Shown one piece after another: positions 53,101-62,985 of a stretch of 64,000 nucleotides of DNA (position 1 is its first letter; every line of letters begins with the position of its first letter). The DNA is taken from positions 3,410,001-3,474,000 of the forward strand of contig NC_079238.1 in the NCBI RefSeq assembly GCF_027921745.1, given 5' to 3'. A model generated the notes under the pieces. That model saw only the letters and a program-made list of their open reading frames with translations, did no database searches and had not been told where the DNA came from. The DNA comes from Schizosaccharomyces osmophilus. Taxonomy: Eukaryota. Position numbers and translations under genes: made by a program.

Positions 53101-54262
53101 AGACACTTTAACAATCGATTCCAAAATGAATGGAAAACCTTACAAAGTGGGCAAATTTGCTCACTCATTACGTATCCGGTTGATGCGAGAGCATTTGGGA
53201 ATTGAGACTGATATAACAGAACAACGTGAATACAATATGGACGGTCTTGATCGGCAGTCGGAATGGAAACGGGTGGACGCCTGGAATCCTGATGAGGATG
53301 AGCATGTTAGTGGTTCCACATTTGACGCTGACGAGCTTAACCTTCACTACCGTTCCGATAAAAAGTTTGGTAATGTTCCTCCCGAAAAGTTGGCAAAATG
53401 TCATAAGCAAATGGAAGATTTTGATCAGCGTGTTAGACTTTTTCCAAAACACAATGTTTTACCCAATGACACATCTTACGAAAAGAGGTTTGAAGAAGAA
53501 CATTATAAGAACCTCAAAAAGGGACCAACTTTAACAGCTAATGCCTTAGTAGGAGGAATTCCTTCTTATCTCAATAATGATGATGGCAGTCTTCATGAAC
53601 TCTCAAAATTTCCTGAATTTGGTGAAGATCAAAGACCAATGATACGAAAAGATCCTCACAGCAAGGTTGCTGAGCCTTCCAGACCACATTGCGGTAATGG
53701 TCTTGCGTTTTTTGATGATATTCCATTGCTTGAGGTGAATCCTTTGACGAATGAAGAAATTCCGAAATTTGATGCTTCGAGTTTCGAAGATCCGGTTTCT
53801 GAAGATTTTTTTGACAATATTTGGTGCAAGACGGCTGAAAATAATACTCTATTTTACAGATACATATTCAAGTGTATTCCGGATGATACTATGCTAACCT
53901 GGGATGCATACCAAGAGAGTAAGAAATATGCTCAGCTTTTTAAAGAAGAACAAAAACACTGGCGTGAACAAGAAAATTCTACAGAAAAAGATGAAATGGA
54001 AAAAGGAAGTTCAGAATTTCAGTCAGGTGTATCTTCAGAAAACGGTAGTTTCGAGGAAGAGACGAAAATTAAAAGACATTTCAGCAAAGGTACCAGAAAA
54101 CATTCAATGAAGATTCCGGATAGACGAACAGTATATCAATTTCTACGAGGAATCCGAGGCCATTTGGTGGAATTACCCATTCATTGGATGGCATCAGAAG
54201 ATGCTTCGAAAAACTGGTTGAGTGGTTTTGATAAGCTTCCACCATTAGATATTTATGACTAA
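50156..54262 (+). CDS. pld1: Phospholipase D (Spo14 type)
   Basis: PX/PH region and two HKD-type motifs (HHEKLVIVDD, HAKIMIADD..GSANINERS). Confidence 0.96.
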   Translation: MPINQEVSTQNNDGNNLNSDDLNSQEVVVEPESQNENNDPINQRTGAELPSLQSNSAAPVTQEKTPALARNFLNKLRAASYHTASDAPQNQTNTGTNANFETFYEASQDVDQEQQNSQQRSTFLAPPRTDVDDSANPNRAKKLGARKMWMQLMASVRKLKKESEKGNKEAPDVSVPDIFLAGAPSTLLIAKHFIHDRSSNHVLPVLTGYLHVSVVDVEPKHNRIQSTITMQVEYGSGQNAIRWRIYRQLRDFINLHSHFLVFEFQHHFYGKRMKLPKFPKEVLPYLVKLRGYNRATSGNPDDPLIDETQSLSSLSIESQSAEILQQNENRGHSNVKKKVANFWTIQGNTLGKYLQEMINCLQFFPEVNVLYAFLEMSNMGLRLAGSGRFHGKEGYATVRKNYSASQSILCCSGPSVRSRLHPFWIIVSESSIIFCDSMYSFEPMDVFIWDVDFEITRKKFRKSHPKDTQEKIRVSHHTFKIKNKQKVIKLSVRSGRWLQQFINSVQVAQGLTSWCELHRFDSYAPVRTNVAVQWMVDARDHMWNVSRAFKNAKHTIMIHGWWLTPELQMRRPYSLADKWRIDHLLQEKARQGVRVYIMVYRNIDATIPIDSFHTKSYLQSLHPNIFVIRSPSHFRQNALFWAHHEKLVIVDDAIAFIGGIDLCFGRFDTSQHILYDDKLVNPPDKNVCNEQSWKGKDYSNPRVHDFFDLTQPHKDMYDRTVIPRMGWHDVSMSILGQPARDAARHFVQRWNYLLECKRPARKIPTLIPPVDFTNEQLIEKQLTGTCEVQLLRSAGLWSLGLADSVEQSIHNAYVKCIEKSEHFIYVENQFFITSTISDGTLIENRVGDALVERIIRAYNNNERWKGVIIIPLLPGFQGQIDMQEGSSLRLIVDCQYKSICRGENSIFGRLKARGIDGTKYLKFYGLRGWAHVGPEHELSTDLIYVHAKIMIADDRVAVIGSANINERSLLGNRDSEIAGIVRDTLTIDSKMNGKPYKVGKFAHSLRIRLMREHLGIETDITEQREYNMDGLDRQSEWKRVDAWNPDEDEHVSGSTFDADELNLHYRSDKKFGNVPPEKLAKCHKQMEDFDQRVRLFPKHNVLPNDTSYEKRFEEEHYKNLKKGPTLTANALVGGIPSYLNNDDGSLHELSKFPEFGEDQRPMIRKDPHSKVAEPSRPHCGNGLAFFDDIPLLEVNPLTNEEIPKFDASSFEDPVSEDFFDNIWCKTAENNTLFYRYIFKCIPDDTMLTWDAYQESKKYAQLFKEEQKHWREQENSTEKDEMEKGSSEFQSGVSSENGSFEEETKIKRHFSKGTRKHSMKIPDRRTVYQFLRGIRGHLVELPIHWMASEDASKNWLSGFDKLPPLDIYD

Positions 54263-54394
54263 GGTGTAATAATTTTTTAAATGACACACACCATATGAAT
54301 GATTATAATAATTAACAGTTACACACTCGAAAGTCTTACTTTAACTATGTAAAATGAGATAAATAGCTAGCTCGACTTTTCCATCTAATTATTG

Positions 54395-55095
54395 CTACTC
54401 TTTTTCAAAAGGCATTTGCTGAGACTGTTCCAGCCAGGCCTTAGGAAAGCGCAAGTCTTGTCTTTTCTTCTTCATATGTCGGGTATCCAAGGGTATATCA
54501 GCAAACTTAACTTTCAAGCGCTTTGACTCAGAAATTAGACTATTTAAGGATTCAGCAAGAAAGAGCTTGTTTTGTAGAGAGGAGGGATATTTATTGCATG
54601 ACATTTTTACTTCATCGGTTTCGGAATTGTATCTCACGCCAGCTAGGAGTTTTAATACATGGCGTTCATTTTGCTGTAATTGAGGAAGATTATCGACTTT
54701 AAACTTTAAAACAACCTTTGAGAATGGCGTTGCTGTGGACGACATTTGAATAGGAGATTCGAAAACAAGAACCTGGCCAACATGTTTCGGTTGGTAGGCT
54801 TCTGAATACACTATAGAAAGGTTAGAAGCAAAATAAAAACGATAAAAGGGTACTTACTCGTAAGTGAGGGAAGTTCATAAGCCGCTTTTCTGTAATATTG
54901 GCGAACCTTGCTATGCTCCAACAAGAGACCTAAGCTGGCATTGTTTTGATGCATATCATTTTCTAATTCGTTCATAAAACCCTCATCTCGTGGCTCAAAT
55001 CTGCTAGGAGGCTCAAAAATAGCTTTTGAAAATTGAAACCTTGGAAAGGACGTAGTCGAAAAAAGACGTCGTTTCAGCAAACAATTTCTTAACAT
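54395..55095 (-). CDS. rsm24: Mitochondrial small-subunit ribosomal protein mS35/Rsm24; intron 54811-54857
   Basis: RQYYRKAAYELPSL, KVVLKFKV, LKLLAGVRY and FADIPLDTRH; exon phases are compatible. Confidence 0.88.
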
Positions 55096-55948
55096 TTTGA
55101 ATAAAGGACACGATCAAAAAGTAAAACAGTGCAGGGAAAATCCACAATCACTTTTACGAGCTACTATTAGAAAACAGCAAAGTATTGTACAAGTTTAGAG
55201 TGGGAATAGCGAAAGATGATTGTAGTATTCTCGTAGCAAGATAGAAGTTTTCATAAAATAATGAAAATATAGTACAATCCTTCCACAACCGAGCAGTCTG
55301 TTATTTTCGAGTTCCTAACAGTTCTTGTTGAGTTCAATGAACCTGGTAGGACGCTTCGCTTAAGAAAAGTATATATAAGCTCATATGTCCCGAAGAAGCT
55401 AATGCTGGTTTGATTGCCTTTGCTCATTCGTTATTTGGCTTATTCTTCTTTATAAAGAGAGAAAAGAAAAAGTGTAAAGCTGTCGTACATTTATAAAAAG
55501 TAGCCAAGGGCAAACTTCATATTGCAACCAGAGCAGCGTCAGGTTACAAAATGGAGAAATGTATATACTCGATAGTATTATATATTCGCTGCTCAGTGAT
55601 TCTTTGAGAAATCTGAGACTGTATGGGCATGCTAATCAAGCAAAAAAATTGCATATAATTTAATGACACTTTTCTGTTTCAGAAAGAGTGATCCATGTTG
55701 AGGAATCTGGAAGAAACCCCAATCTCAAAGAAACCGCCCCGGCTTACAAGCTTAAGATTCTGATTGCATACTGAAGCTTTATGCAGTTGTTTCCATGACT
55801 ATTACCTAATTTAAGAAGTAATTCTTCTTTAATGAATAAAATACTGTTTTCCATACTCTATAATTGCCCTCTTTACTTCGTATTGTCAGGAAAGGTGCCT
55901 CGATAACAATATATGGAAGGTTATATTAAAATATTATCGAATATTCAC

Positions 55949-56154
55949 ATACACTAATGCTAAAGAATAGAATATTATAATTAGTAAACAAAGCTTTGAA
56001 ACAAAAAACTCCAGTGTCAAACATACAATCTCGGGATTTAGATACATAATTTACTGAAACTTATATAAAAAATATTTGATAAAGCTACATGCTAACTTTG
56101 CAGTTACTCAATCTCTAAATTGAAGGGTTTGACTGCTCTAGTTTCATTCAGCTA
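55949..56154 (+). mobile_element. LTR-like repeat, copy B
   Basis: Inverted twin of 49656-49861. Contains a TATATAAAA box and shares GTCAAACATACAAT with the 3' LTR at 59872. It may extend left to TGTCAG at 55884. Confidence 0.7.
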
Positions 56155-56159
56155 TAATT

Positions 56160-56311
56160 TGTAACAAAGTCTTTGTCTAAAGCTATTTTCTTTGTCTTCT
56201 TTCAACTCTTTGTTTCAAGAGTTTCTTTGTTTATACATTACTTTCATGAATCCTTATTGTTATACAATTATAATATCAAGATATTAGTAATATCGTATAC
56301 CAGTTATGACA
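56160..56311 (-). mobile_element. Inverted LTR fragment
   Basis: The minus strand starts TGTCATAACTGGTATACGATATTACTAATATCTTGATA, identical to the first 38 nt of the LTR at 59565, then diverges. The left limit is uncertain (..GTTACA at 56160). Confidence 0.7.
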
Positions 56312-56725
56312 AGATCAAGATTAGCTGTTATGGTCTCGCTAAATAGAATGTGGTTTAGAGACTGCTTTGATAATAGTCAAGTATGGTACACCATTGGTAA
56401 CTGTGTATCGAAATGTTTTGAGGGTAAGTTCATTGTTGATAGATGTACGACCACGGATGTTTGTGGACTGTATGCCATCTGGATGGACAGCGGCAGTAAT
56501 GCTAGTTAAAACATTGATGAAGGTGCCGAGAATTCAATAGTTACCGCTATTCAAATAGCCTATCCTGGCATTAAAATTCATGTTTGTTCCCACAATGAGT
56601 ATGCGGTAGCGGGATGTTATGATACTGACATTAAGTGAGACCAACATTATGACTTCTTTGGGCATGGTTATCCCACTGACTTCTCACTCGAAGCTTTGTA
56701 TCTCAGTGATGAGATGTATGAATAA
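56312..56725 (+). pseudogene. Possible pseudogene fragment of an unidentified Cys-rich protein
   Basis: One frame stays protein-like for ~138 codons, with two internal stops (56507, 56636) and a terminal stop at 56723; 7 Cys; composition differs from the flanking LTR and pol. Confidence 0.35.
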
Positions 56726-56789
56726 AATGAAGGTTAGTTGTCTGAAGGAGTTTAATATATTGTGGTGTGACATAAAAACAAGGAAGTAA

Positions 56790-59504
56790 TAGGTCTGATG
56801 AAATACATCCTTGCACCGAAACCAAGGCCCTATACACAAAAAGATTATGCGACAATAAAAGAAAAAGTGCGAGAATTAATTAAGTCAAGGAAAAATTCGC
56901 GAAAGCTCATCAAATTTCATGTGCGTTCCACTAGTTATACCCAAAATGAACAGATAAATATCGCATGGTTGTAAACTATAAACCATTAAACGCAATCACC
57001 AAAAGAGACAAGTATCCATTGCCAAACTTTGAAGAAATTATAAATTGCCTAAGCGGAGCCAAAGTTTTCAGTACGATTGAAGCATATCATTTACTTAGAA
57101 TTCGAGAGGGCGATGAACAAAAGACAGCCTTCAAAACACCTTTTGGAGCATTCGAATACAAGGTAATGCCCTTTGGATTAACCAATACGCCAGCAAATTT
57201 TCAAAGGTATATTAACAAAGTACTTTTCCATTACCTTGGAAATTTCATTATCGTTTATTTGGACGATATTCTGATAGTTTCCTCTTCAGAGAAAGAACAC
57301 GAGAAGTATTTCAGAAGTTACAAGACGCACATTTATACGCAAATCGAGAGAAATGTACCTTTTTCCAAAAGAAAGTCAAATTCTTAGGTCATATCTTCTC
57401 CAACCAAGGACTTGAGATTGACCCAGAAAGAATTCAAGCTGTTACAAATTGGCCTGAACCCAATACGTTGCGACGCCTACAATCTTTCTTAGGTTTTGTT
57501 AATTATTCCAGACGATTTATGCCGAATCTTTCAAAATTGGCACGACCGTTATATGATTTAACAAAAAAGAATGTCAAATACAAATGGACCGATCGTCATA
57601 AAGAAGCCTTTGTCAACATCAAGAAAGAACTAGAAAACGTTTCTATGTTAAAACATTATGATCCAACAAAAGAAACTCGATTAGAAACTGACGCTTCCGA
57701 CTTTGCCATAGGAGCCATCCTATCGCAAAAACAAGAAGACAACGTTTATCATCCAATAGCTTTCTATTCAGAAACATTCACAGATCGTCAATGCATTTGG
57801 CCAACATGGGAAAAAGAAGCCTATGCAATTATTGCTGCTCTCCGAAAATGGTATCATTTCTTAGCTCACACAGAAACACCATTTCAAATATTAACAGATC
57901 ACAAGAATCTAACATCTATGTTTACAAAAATTCACACGGATACTCGTTATAAAATCAATAGATGGGCAACAGAATTGGAACTATACAATTTCGACATTCA
58001 ATATCGACCTGGCCGAAAGAATGAACCAGCAGACGCAATCTCACGTCGCCCAGATTATAAAATCACTGCCATCAATCAACTAAGTGAAACAAATTATTTA
58101 ACAAACTTTTTCGATTACGTTCGCAAAGAGTACTCCAATCACAAAAAGTTTCAAAGAATCCTAGATGGAGACAACGACAATCCGCAATATACAATAATAA
58201 ACGGCCTCATCATTAATGATAAAAGACAAATTATCATCCCAACAGTTCCACAACTAGTTCAGTTGATATGTTATCAATTCCATGATCATCCTATTTCAGG
58301 AGGACATCGAGGAAAACTGTCCACAACAAATCGCATTCGCGAAAAGTTTTATTGGCAAGGAATGACAAGCGATATCCAAAAGTATGTTAAAAATTGTGAT
58401 ATATGTCAGCACAGTAAAACTCGAAATCATCAACGCTATGGTCAATTGCAACCACTGCCCATTGCAGAAAAACCGTTTCAACATTATTCTATGGATTTTA
58501 TCGTTGGATTACCAGTATCTCAAGGTAAAGATGCCATCTTAACAATTGTTGATCGTTTCACCAAAATGGCTTGGTTTCTTCATTGTAATACAACCACGAC
58601 CGCAGGAACAACTGATCGCAATGTTCGAATCTCACATCGTAGCGGTATACGGCAAACCAAGAGACATAATTTCCGATCGAGGACCTGTATTCATTTCTGA
58701 TAAATGGAAACAATACCTCAAAGATCATAATATAACTCTCAAATTATCTTCTGGATATCATCCACAAACGAATGGACAAACTGAACGTGTTAACCAAATA
58801 GTAGAAACATATTTACGATGCTATATGCATGACAACTTGGAAAATTGGGCCGCTTATTTGACAAAAGCACAATTATGTTATAACTCTGCTGAACATAGCG
58901 CTACCAAAGTAAGCCCAATAAAAGCTGCATGTGATATACAACCTATACTAACAGAATCGAATATGCAATTAAAAAACGATCTCGGTACATTATTTTTATC
59001 CTCATAGACAGAACCTGTTCACGACATCAGAAATCACATACGAAAAGTGAATGAAACTACAATCGCAAGACAGAGATACCGCCGATATTCAAATCCGGTG
59101 ACCAAGTACTCATTAAGAATGGTAAAGTGGGATTCTTTCATCAAAACAACAAACTGGAACCAACGTTTGTCGGACCATTCGAAATAAAAAAGAAAGTTGC
59201 AGAACACAACTATACTTTAAATTTTCCTCGTGAAATACGAAGACGATACCCTGCATCATTTCATGTGTCTGAACTCGAATAATACAACGCAGACTCACAT
59301 GCAAACAACTTTCTGGCAAATATAACTATCGACCGTATATTAGACGTCGACAACAACCAAAAACCTTCGCTTTATTACTGTTTATACCATACGAAACTGT
59401 CAAACGACTACCTTCGTTCAGTCACTTGGATCCCCACTCATATTGTTCAACAGAAAGCAGATGCAAAACTCTTTGAATTTAACCAAAGCGCTTCATCTCA
59501 ATAG
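56790..59504 (+). pseudogene. Decayed Ty3/Gypsy (Tf1/Tf2-like) pol: RT, RNase H, integrase, GPF motif, chromodomain-like tail
   Basis: RDKYPLP, MPFGLTN, YLDD; LETDASDFAIGAILSQ, ILTDHKNL, ADAISR; H..H..CDIC; SMDFIVGLP, IISDRG, QTNGQTERVN; KLEPTFVGPF (GPF 59172). Frameshifts near 56890, 56950, 57305 and 58600; stops at 59005 and 59280. Confidence 0.95.
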
Positions 59505-59553
59505 AACCGCAAGGAAAACAAGATCTTTCAATTTAAGGAAGTGAAAGCGTCTT

Positions 59554-59564
59554 AAGAAGGGAGG
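59554..59564 (+). other. Polypurine tract of the retrotransposon
   Basis: AAGAAGGGAGG directly before TGTCA and ~50 nt after the pol stop. Confidence 0.85.
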
Positions 59565-59936
59565 TGTCATAACTGGTATACGATATTACTAATATCTTGA
59601 TACACTAATCATATTGTATTATCAAATACGTTATTACAAAAACTAAATGTTCATTTTTGCGACTAAAAATTTTATAAATCTAGAACTAAAGTTATTTAAA
59701 AGCTTACTAATCCTAGAAAGATATATTTACCACTAGTTGAGAGTTCAAATCTTCAGATTGGAAGATTTGACTGATCTAGCTAAATATATTGTTCTTACAA
59801 CTTGCTTAGTGAATCAGATCCCTGGAAGCTATTGCTATTCAATCCAAGTAGTATCAAGGTATCCAATTTAAGTCAAACATACAATTTACTGAATTGTTAT
59901 TACATACATCTTTTCCACTAAATACTTATTCTCACA
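59565..59936 (+). mobile_element. 3' LTR of the retrotransposon relic (right end tentative)
   Basis: Starts TGTCA after the PPT; AT-rich with TATAAA; candidate end ..TCTCACA at 59936 gives 372 bp. Confidence 0.7.
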
Positions 59937-60334
59937 ACAAGTGAGACTTCGTCTGTGACAAAAACTACGGTTGGCAAAAATACGCAGCAACTCTGTAAGA
60001 TTATTCTCGTTCGAAATATTACCCAATACGCTATAATCCTATCTGTCGTTAGGATTATAATTGAAAGATAGACCAACCGTGACAAAACCATCAAGATTTC
60101 TGTCTCTCTATTTTCCTGCATTTCCTCAACTTCATCTTCCAGAGAAAATTTGTTATTCATTACTAGTTCGATTCCAAAAAATTTCATATTTCTTGAGAAC
60201 TAAAATTGTCATAGTCAAGGGGTTCTCAAAACGCAAAAGAATTGCATTCGTCTTCCTCTTCCTAAACTTGTAGACTCGTGGAGCAAAATCACACATTTTT
60301 TTACAGTGTTTGTATATATAAATTATTTCTAAAT

Positions 60335-61327
60335 ATGGTGACGATTTTAAAACCAGAGGAGACTTATGCCTTCACAAAGGAGTACGAAAGAGACGAAATG
60401 GATGCCAAGATGGCTGTGCCTGATGAAGAAGATGAAATGGAAGTCGATGAAGAAGATGAGTATCCTGAAATGGAATTAGAAGGGGAGGCTGCCGGCATAA
60501 AGAATATGGTTGCCCCCGGTCAACTCATCACTGACGACCCTCAATTTATGCGTGGTCACGGAACATATCTTGAAAAAGGAGGTATCTATGCATCTGTCAC
60601 AGGCGTTGTTCAACGTGTCAACAAACTGATTTCCGTCCGGCCGTTCAAGACGAAATACGTGCCTGAAATAGGTGACTTGATCATTGGTAGAATTACCGAG
60701 GTTCAACCAAAACGCTGGAAAGTTGATATTGGGTCTAAACAAGATGCTGTTCTTATGCTTTCTTCGATTAACTTACCAGGAGGTGTTCAACGTAGAAAGC
60801 TAGAGACAGATGAGCTTCAAATGCGAAATTACTTCCAAGAAGGTGATCGTTTGGTTGCTGAAGTTCAACAGTATTTTTCCGATGGATCGGTTTCTATACA
60901 TACAAGATCTTTAAAATATGGTAAGCTCCGTAACGGAGTATTCCTTAAAGTCCCATCTTCTTTGGTGGTTCGCTCAAAATCTCATATCTTTAATTTGCCA
61001 GGTGGCGTCGATTTGATTTTGAGTGTAAATGGTTACGCTTGGATTTCCAAACATAACAAAAATCAAGAATCATCCGTCAGTATCACCCGCTTAGAGGAAG
61101 AGGCTTCTGAAGCCATTTATTCTAATGAGAATGATGAAGTTGATGCCTACACCCGGTTGAATATATCTCGTATATATATTTGCGTGCGCGCCTTAGCAAA
61201 TCGAGGATTGCCTTTAAGTGAAGCTGCCATTTTGAATTTTTATGAAGCTTCTTTACTTTATGGAGACTTACAGCAATTGACATCTCCTAAAATCCTTGAT
61301 CAAATTGCCGTTGAAGCAATGCACTAG
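60335..61327 (+). CDS. rrp4: Exosome cap subunit Rrp4
   Basis: FMRGHGTY, YVPEIGDLIIGRI, SSINLPGGVQRRK and HTRSLKYGKLRNG; first ATG at 60335. Confidence 0.95.
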   Translation: MVTILKPEETYAFTKEYERDEMDAKMAVPDEEDEMEVDEEDEYPEMELEGEAAGIKNMVAPGQLITDDPQFMRGHGTYLEKGGIYASVTGVVQRVNKLISVRPFKTKYVPEIGDLIIGRITEVQPKRWKVDIGSKQDAVLMLSSINLPGGVQRRKLETDELQMRNYFQEGDRLVAEVQQYFSDGSVSIHTRSLKYGKLRNGVFLKVPSSLVVRSKSHIFNLPGGVDLILSVNGYAWISKHNKNQESSVSITRLEEEASEAIYSNENDEVDAYTRLNISRIYICVRALANRGLPLSEAAILNFYEASLLYGDLQQLTSPKILDQIAVEAMH

Positions 61328-61797
61328 TCTGTTTTAAATGGTTGAAGGTAATTTGTTTTTATTCTTACTTTTTTAGTGATAGGTTTATGCTGGCCATAAG
61401 CAACTGGTTAGACTGTTCAATAATTATTTCAAAAACTTGGTCCCATTGATATTTCAAAACGGTATGACGGTTCGCTGTCAAAAACACTTTATACTTTTTA
61501 CTTTCTATCAAAAGTTACTTTCCAAAAAATCTGTCTTTGTATTTGCCTTAGCAAACTTGAAACTAGGTGTACTCAATCATGAACGTTGCTAATACGTTTA
61601 CGATTCTTTCTTCTTTCTCCTTTTTTTGGTATTCTTTTTCTTTTGATCTAAAAGTACTAAAAAATGTTATGATAAAATCTCTTCAAAGTATAGCAAATCT
61701 CAATACAGCAATGGTCATTACCGCTCCTTAAACTTTTTCACAATTGACCACGGCAATTTTTTCAACGAAAAACCAACTTGGCGAAACACCATCAAAA

Positions 61798-62985
61798 ATG
61801 TCGGGTCAGGAACAAATAGTGACACCCTGGGATGTTCAAGGATCGATTGTTGATGGTGAAGAAGTGGGCATCGACTACGATCACTTAATTAAGCAATTTG
61901 GTACTCGAAGAATTACTGATGAGCAACTTGAAAGATTTGAAAAGTTAACTGGCCATAAGCCTCATATGTTATTGAGAAGAGGCCTTTTCTTTTCTCATCG
62001 CGATTTTGATTACATTTTGGAACGTTATGAACAGAAAAAGCCTTTCTACTTGTATACTGGTCGAGGACCTAGCAGCGACAGTATGCACCTTGGACACTTG
62101 ATTCCTTTCTTATTTTGTAAATGGCTTCAAGATGTTTTCCAAGTTCCTATTGTCATTCAAATGACTGACGACGAGAAGTTTCTGTTCAAACAAAATTTGA
62201 CCCTTGAGGAATGTCAGCGTTTCGCTCGCGAAAATGCCAAGGATATCATCGCATGCGGATTTGACCCAAAAAAGACTCTCATTTTTGCCAACACTCAATA
62301 TGTTGGTGGTGCTTTCTATCAAAACGTTGTTCGGATTTCAAAGTGCATCACTGCGAACCAAGCTAAATCTTGCTTTGGCTTCAACGATAGTGATTCTATT
62401 GGAAAATTGCATTTTGCTTCAATTCAAGCAGCTCCTAGCTTTAGTAGCTCTTTCCCTAACATTTTCAACGGTGCCAAGGATGTTCCCTGTTTGATTCCTT
62501 GCGCTATTGATCAAGATCCTTACTTCCGTCTCACTCGTGATGTCTCAGCTCGCCTGAAATTTAAGAAGCCTGCCTTACTTCACAGTAGATTCTTCCCTGC
62601 TCTTCAAGGTCCTCAGTCTAAAATGAGTGCTAGTAAGGACAGTTCTGCCATTTTTATGACGGATACTCCCAATAAAATCAAGAATAAAGTTAACAAATAC
62701 GCGTTTTCTGGTGGTGGTGCTACTGTCGAAATCCACCGTGAAAAGGGTGGAAATCCCGATGTTGATGTTGCTTATCAATATCTGTCTTTCTTCCTTGATG
62801 ATGATACAAAACTTCAAGAGCTTCGTGATAGTTACAAGTCTGGTACTCTTCTTACCGGCCAACTAAAAGCTGAATGCATTAAAATTCTTCAAGAGGTTGT
62901 AGGTAACTTCCAGGAAGCTAGAGGAAAGGTTGACGAAGCTACCTTGAATCTTTTCATGGATGGATCTCGAAAACTAGAGTGGTAA
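61798..62985 (+). CDS. wrs1: Cytoplasmic tryptophanyl-tRNA synthetase
   Basis: [31 protein letters not shown] and KMSAS. Confidence 0.97.
   Translation: MSGQEQIVTPWDVQGSIVDGEEVGIDYDHLIKQFGTRRITDEQLERFEKLTGHKPHMLLRRGLFFSHRDFDYILERYEQKKPFYLYTGRGPSSDSMHLGHLIPFLFCKWLQDVFQVPIVIQMTDDEKFLFKQNLTLEECQRFARENAKDIIACGFDPKKTLIFANTQYVGGAFYQNVVRISKCITANQAKSCFGFNDSDSIGKLHFASIQAAPSFSSSFPNIFNGAKDVPCLIPCAIDQDPYFRLTRDVSARLKFKKPALLHSRFFPALQGPQSKMSASKDSSAIFMTDTPNKIKNKVNKYAFSGGGATVEIHREKGGNPDVDVAYQYLSFFLDDDTKLQELRDSYKSGTLLTGQLKAECIKILQEVVGNFQEARGKVDEATLNLFMDGSRKLEW

Noticed and set aside
55550..55775. Splice-like signals and a short frame (ERVIHVEESGRNPNLKETAPAYKLKILIAY) upstream of the LTR cluster
   Set aside because: I could not assemble a consistent spliced ORF or recognise the peptide.
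9647..61327. rrp6, nab3 and rrp4 (RNA surveillance), and two Sec14-family genes, in one window
   Set aside because: Dispersed among unrelated genes in ancestral synteny; no sign of a functional cluster or tandem duplication.
61744..61797. In-frame TTG extension of wrs1 as a possible mitochondrial presequence
   Set aside because: Short, not Arg-rich or amphipathic, and fission yeasts have a separate mitochondrial TrpRS.
3648..62862. Many 60-200 aa ORFs antisense to or overlapping real genes (e.g. 10314-10904, 33619-34563, 43185-44528)
   Set aside because: Shadow frames of conserved CDSs with no recognisable motifs.
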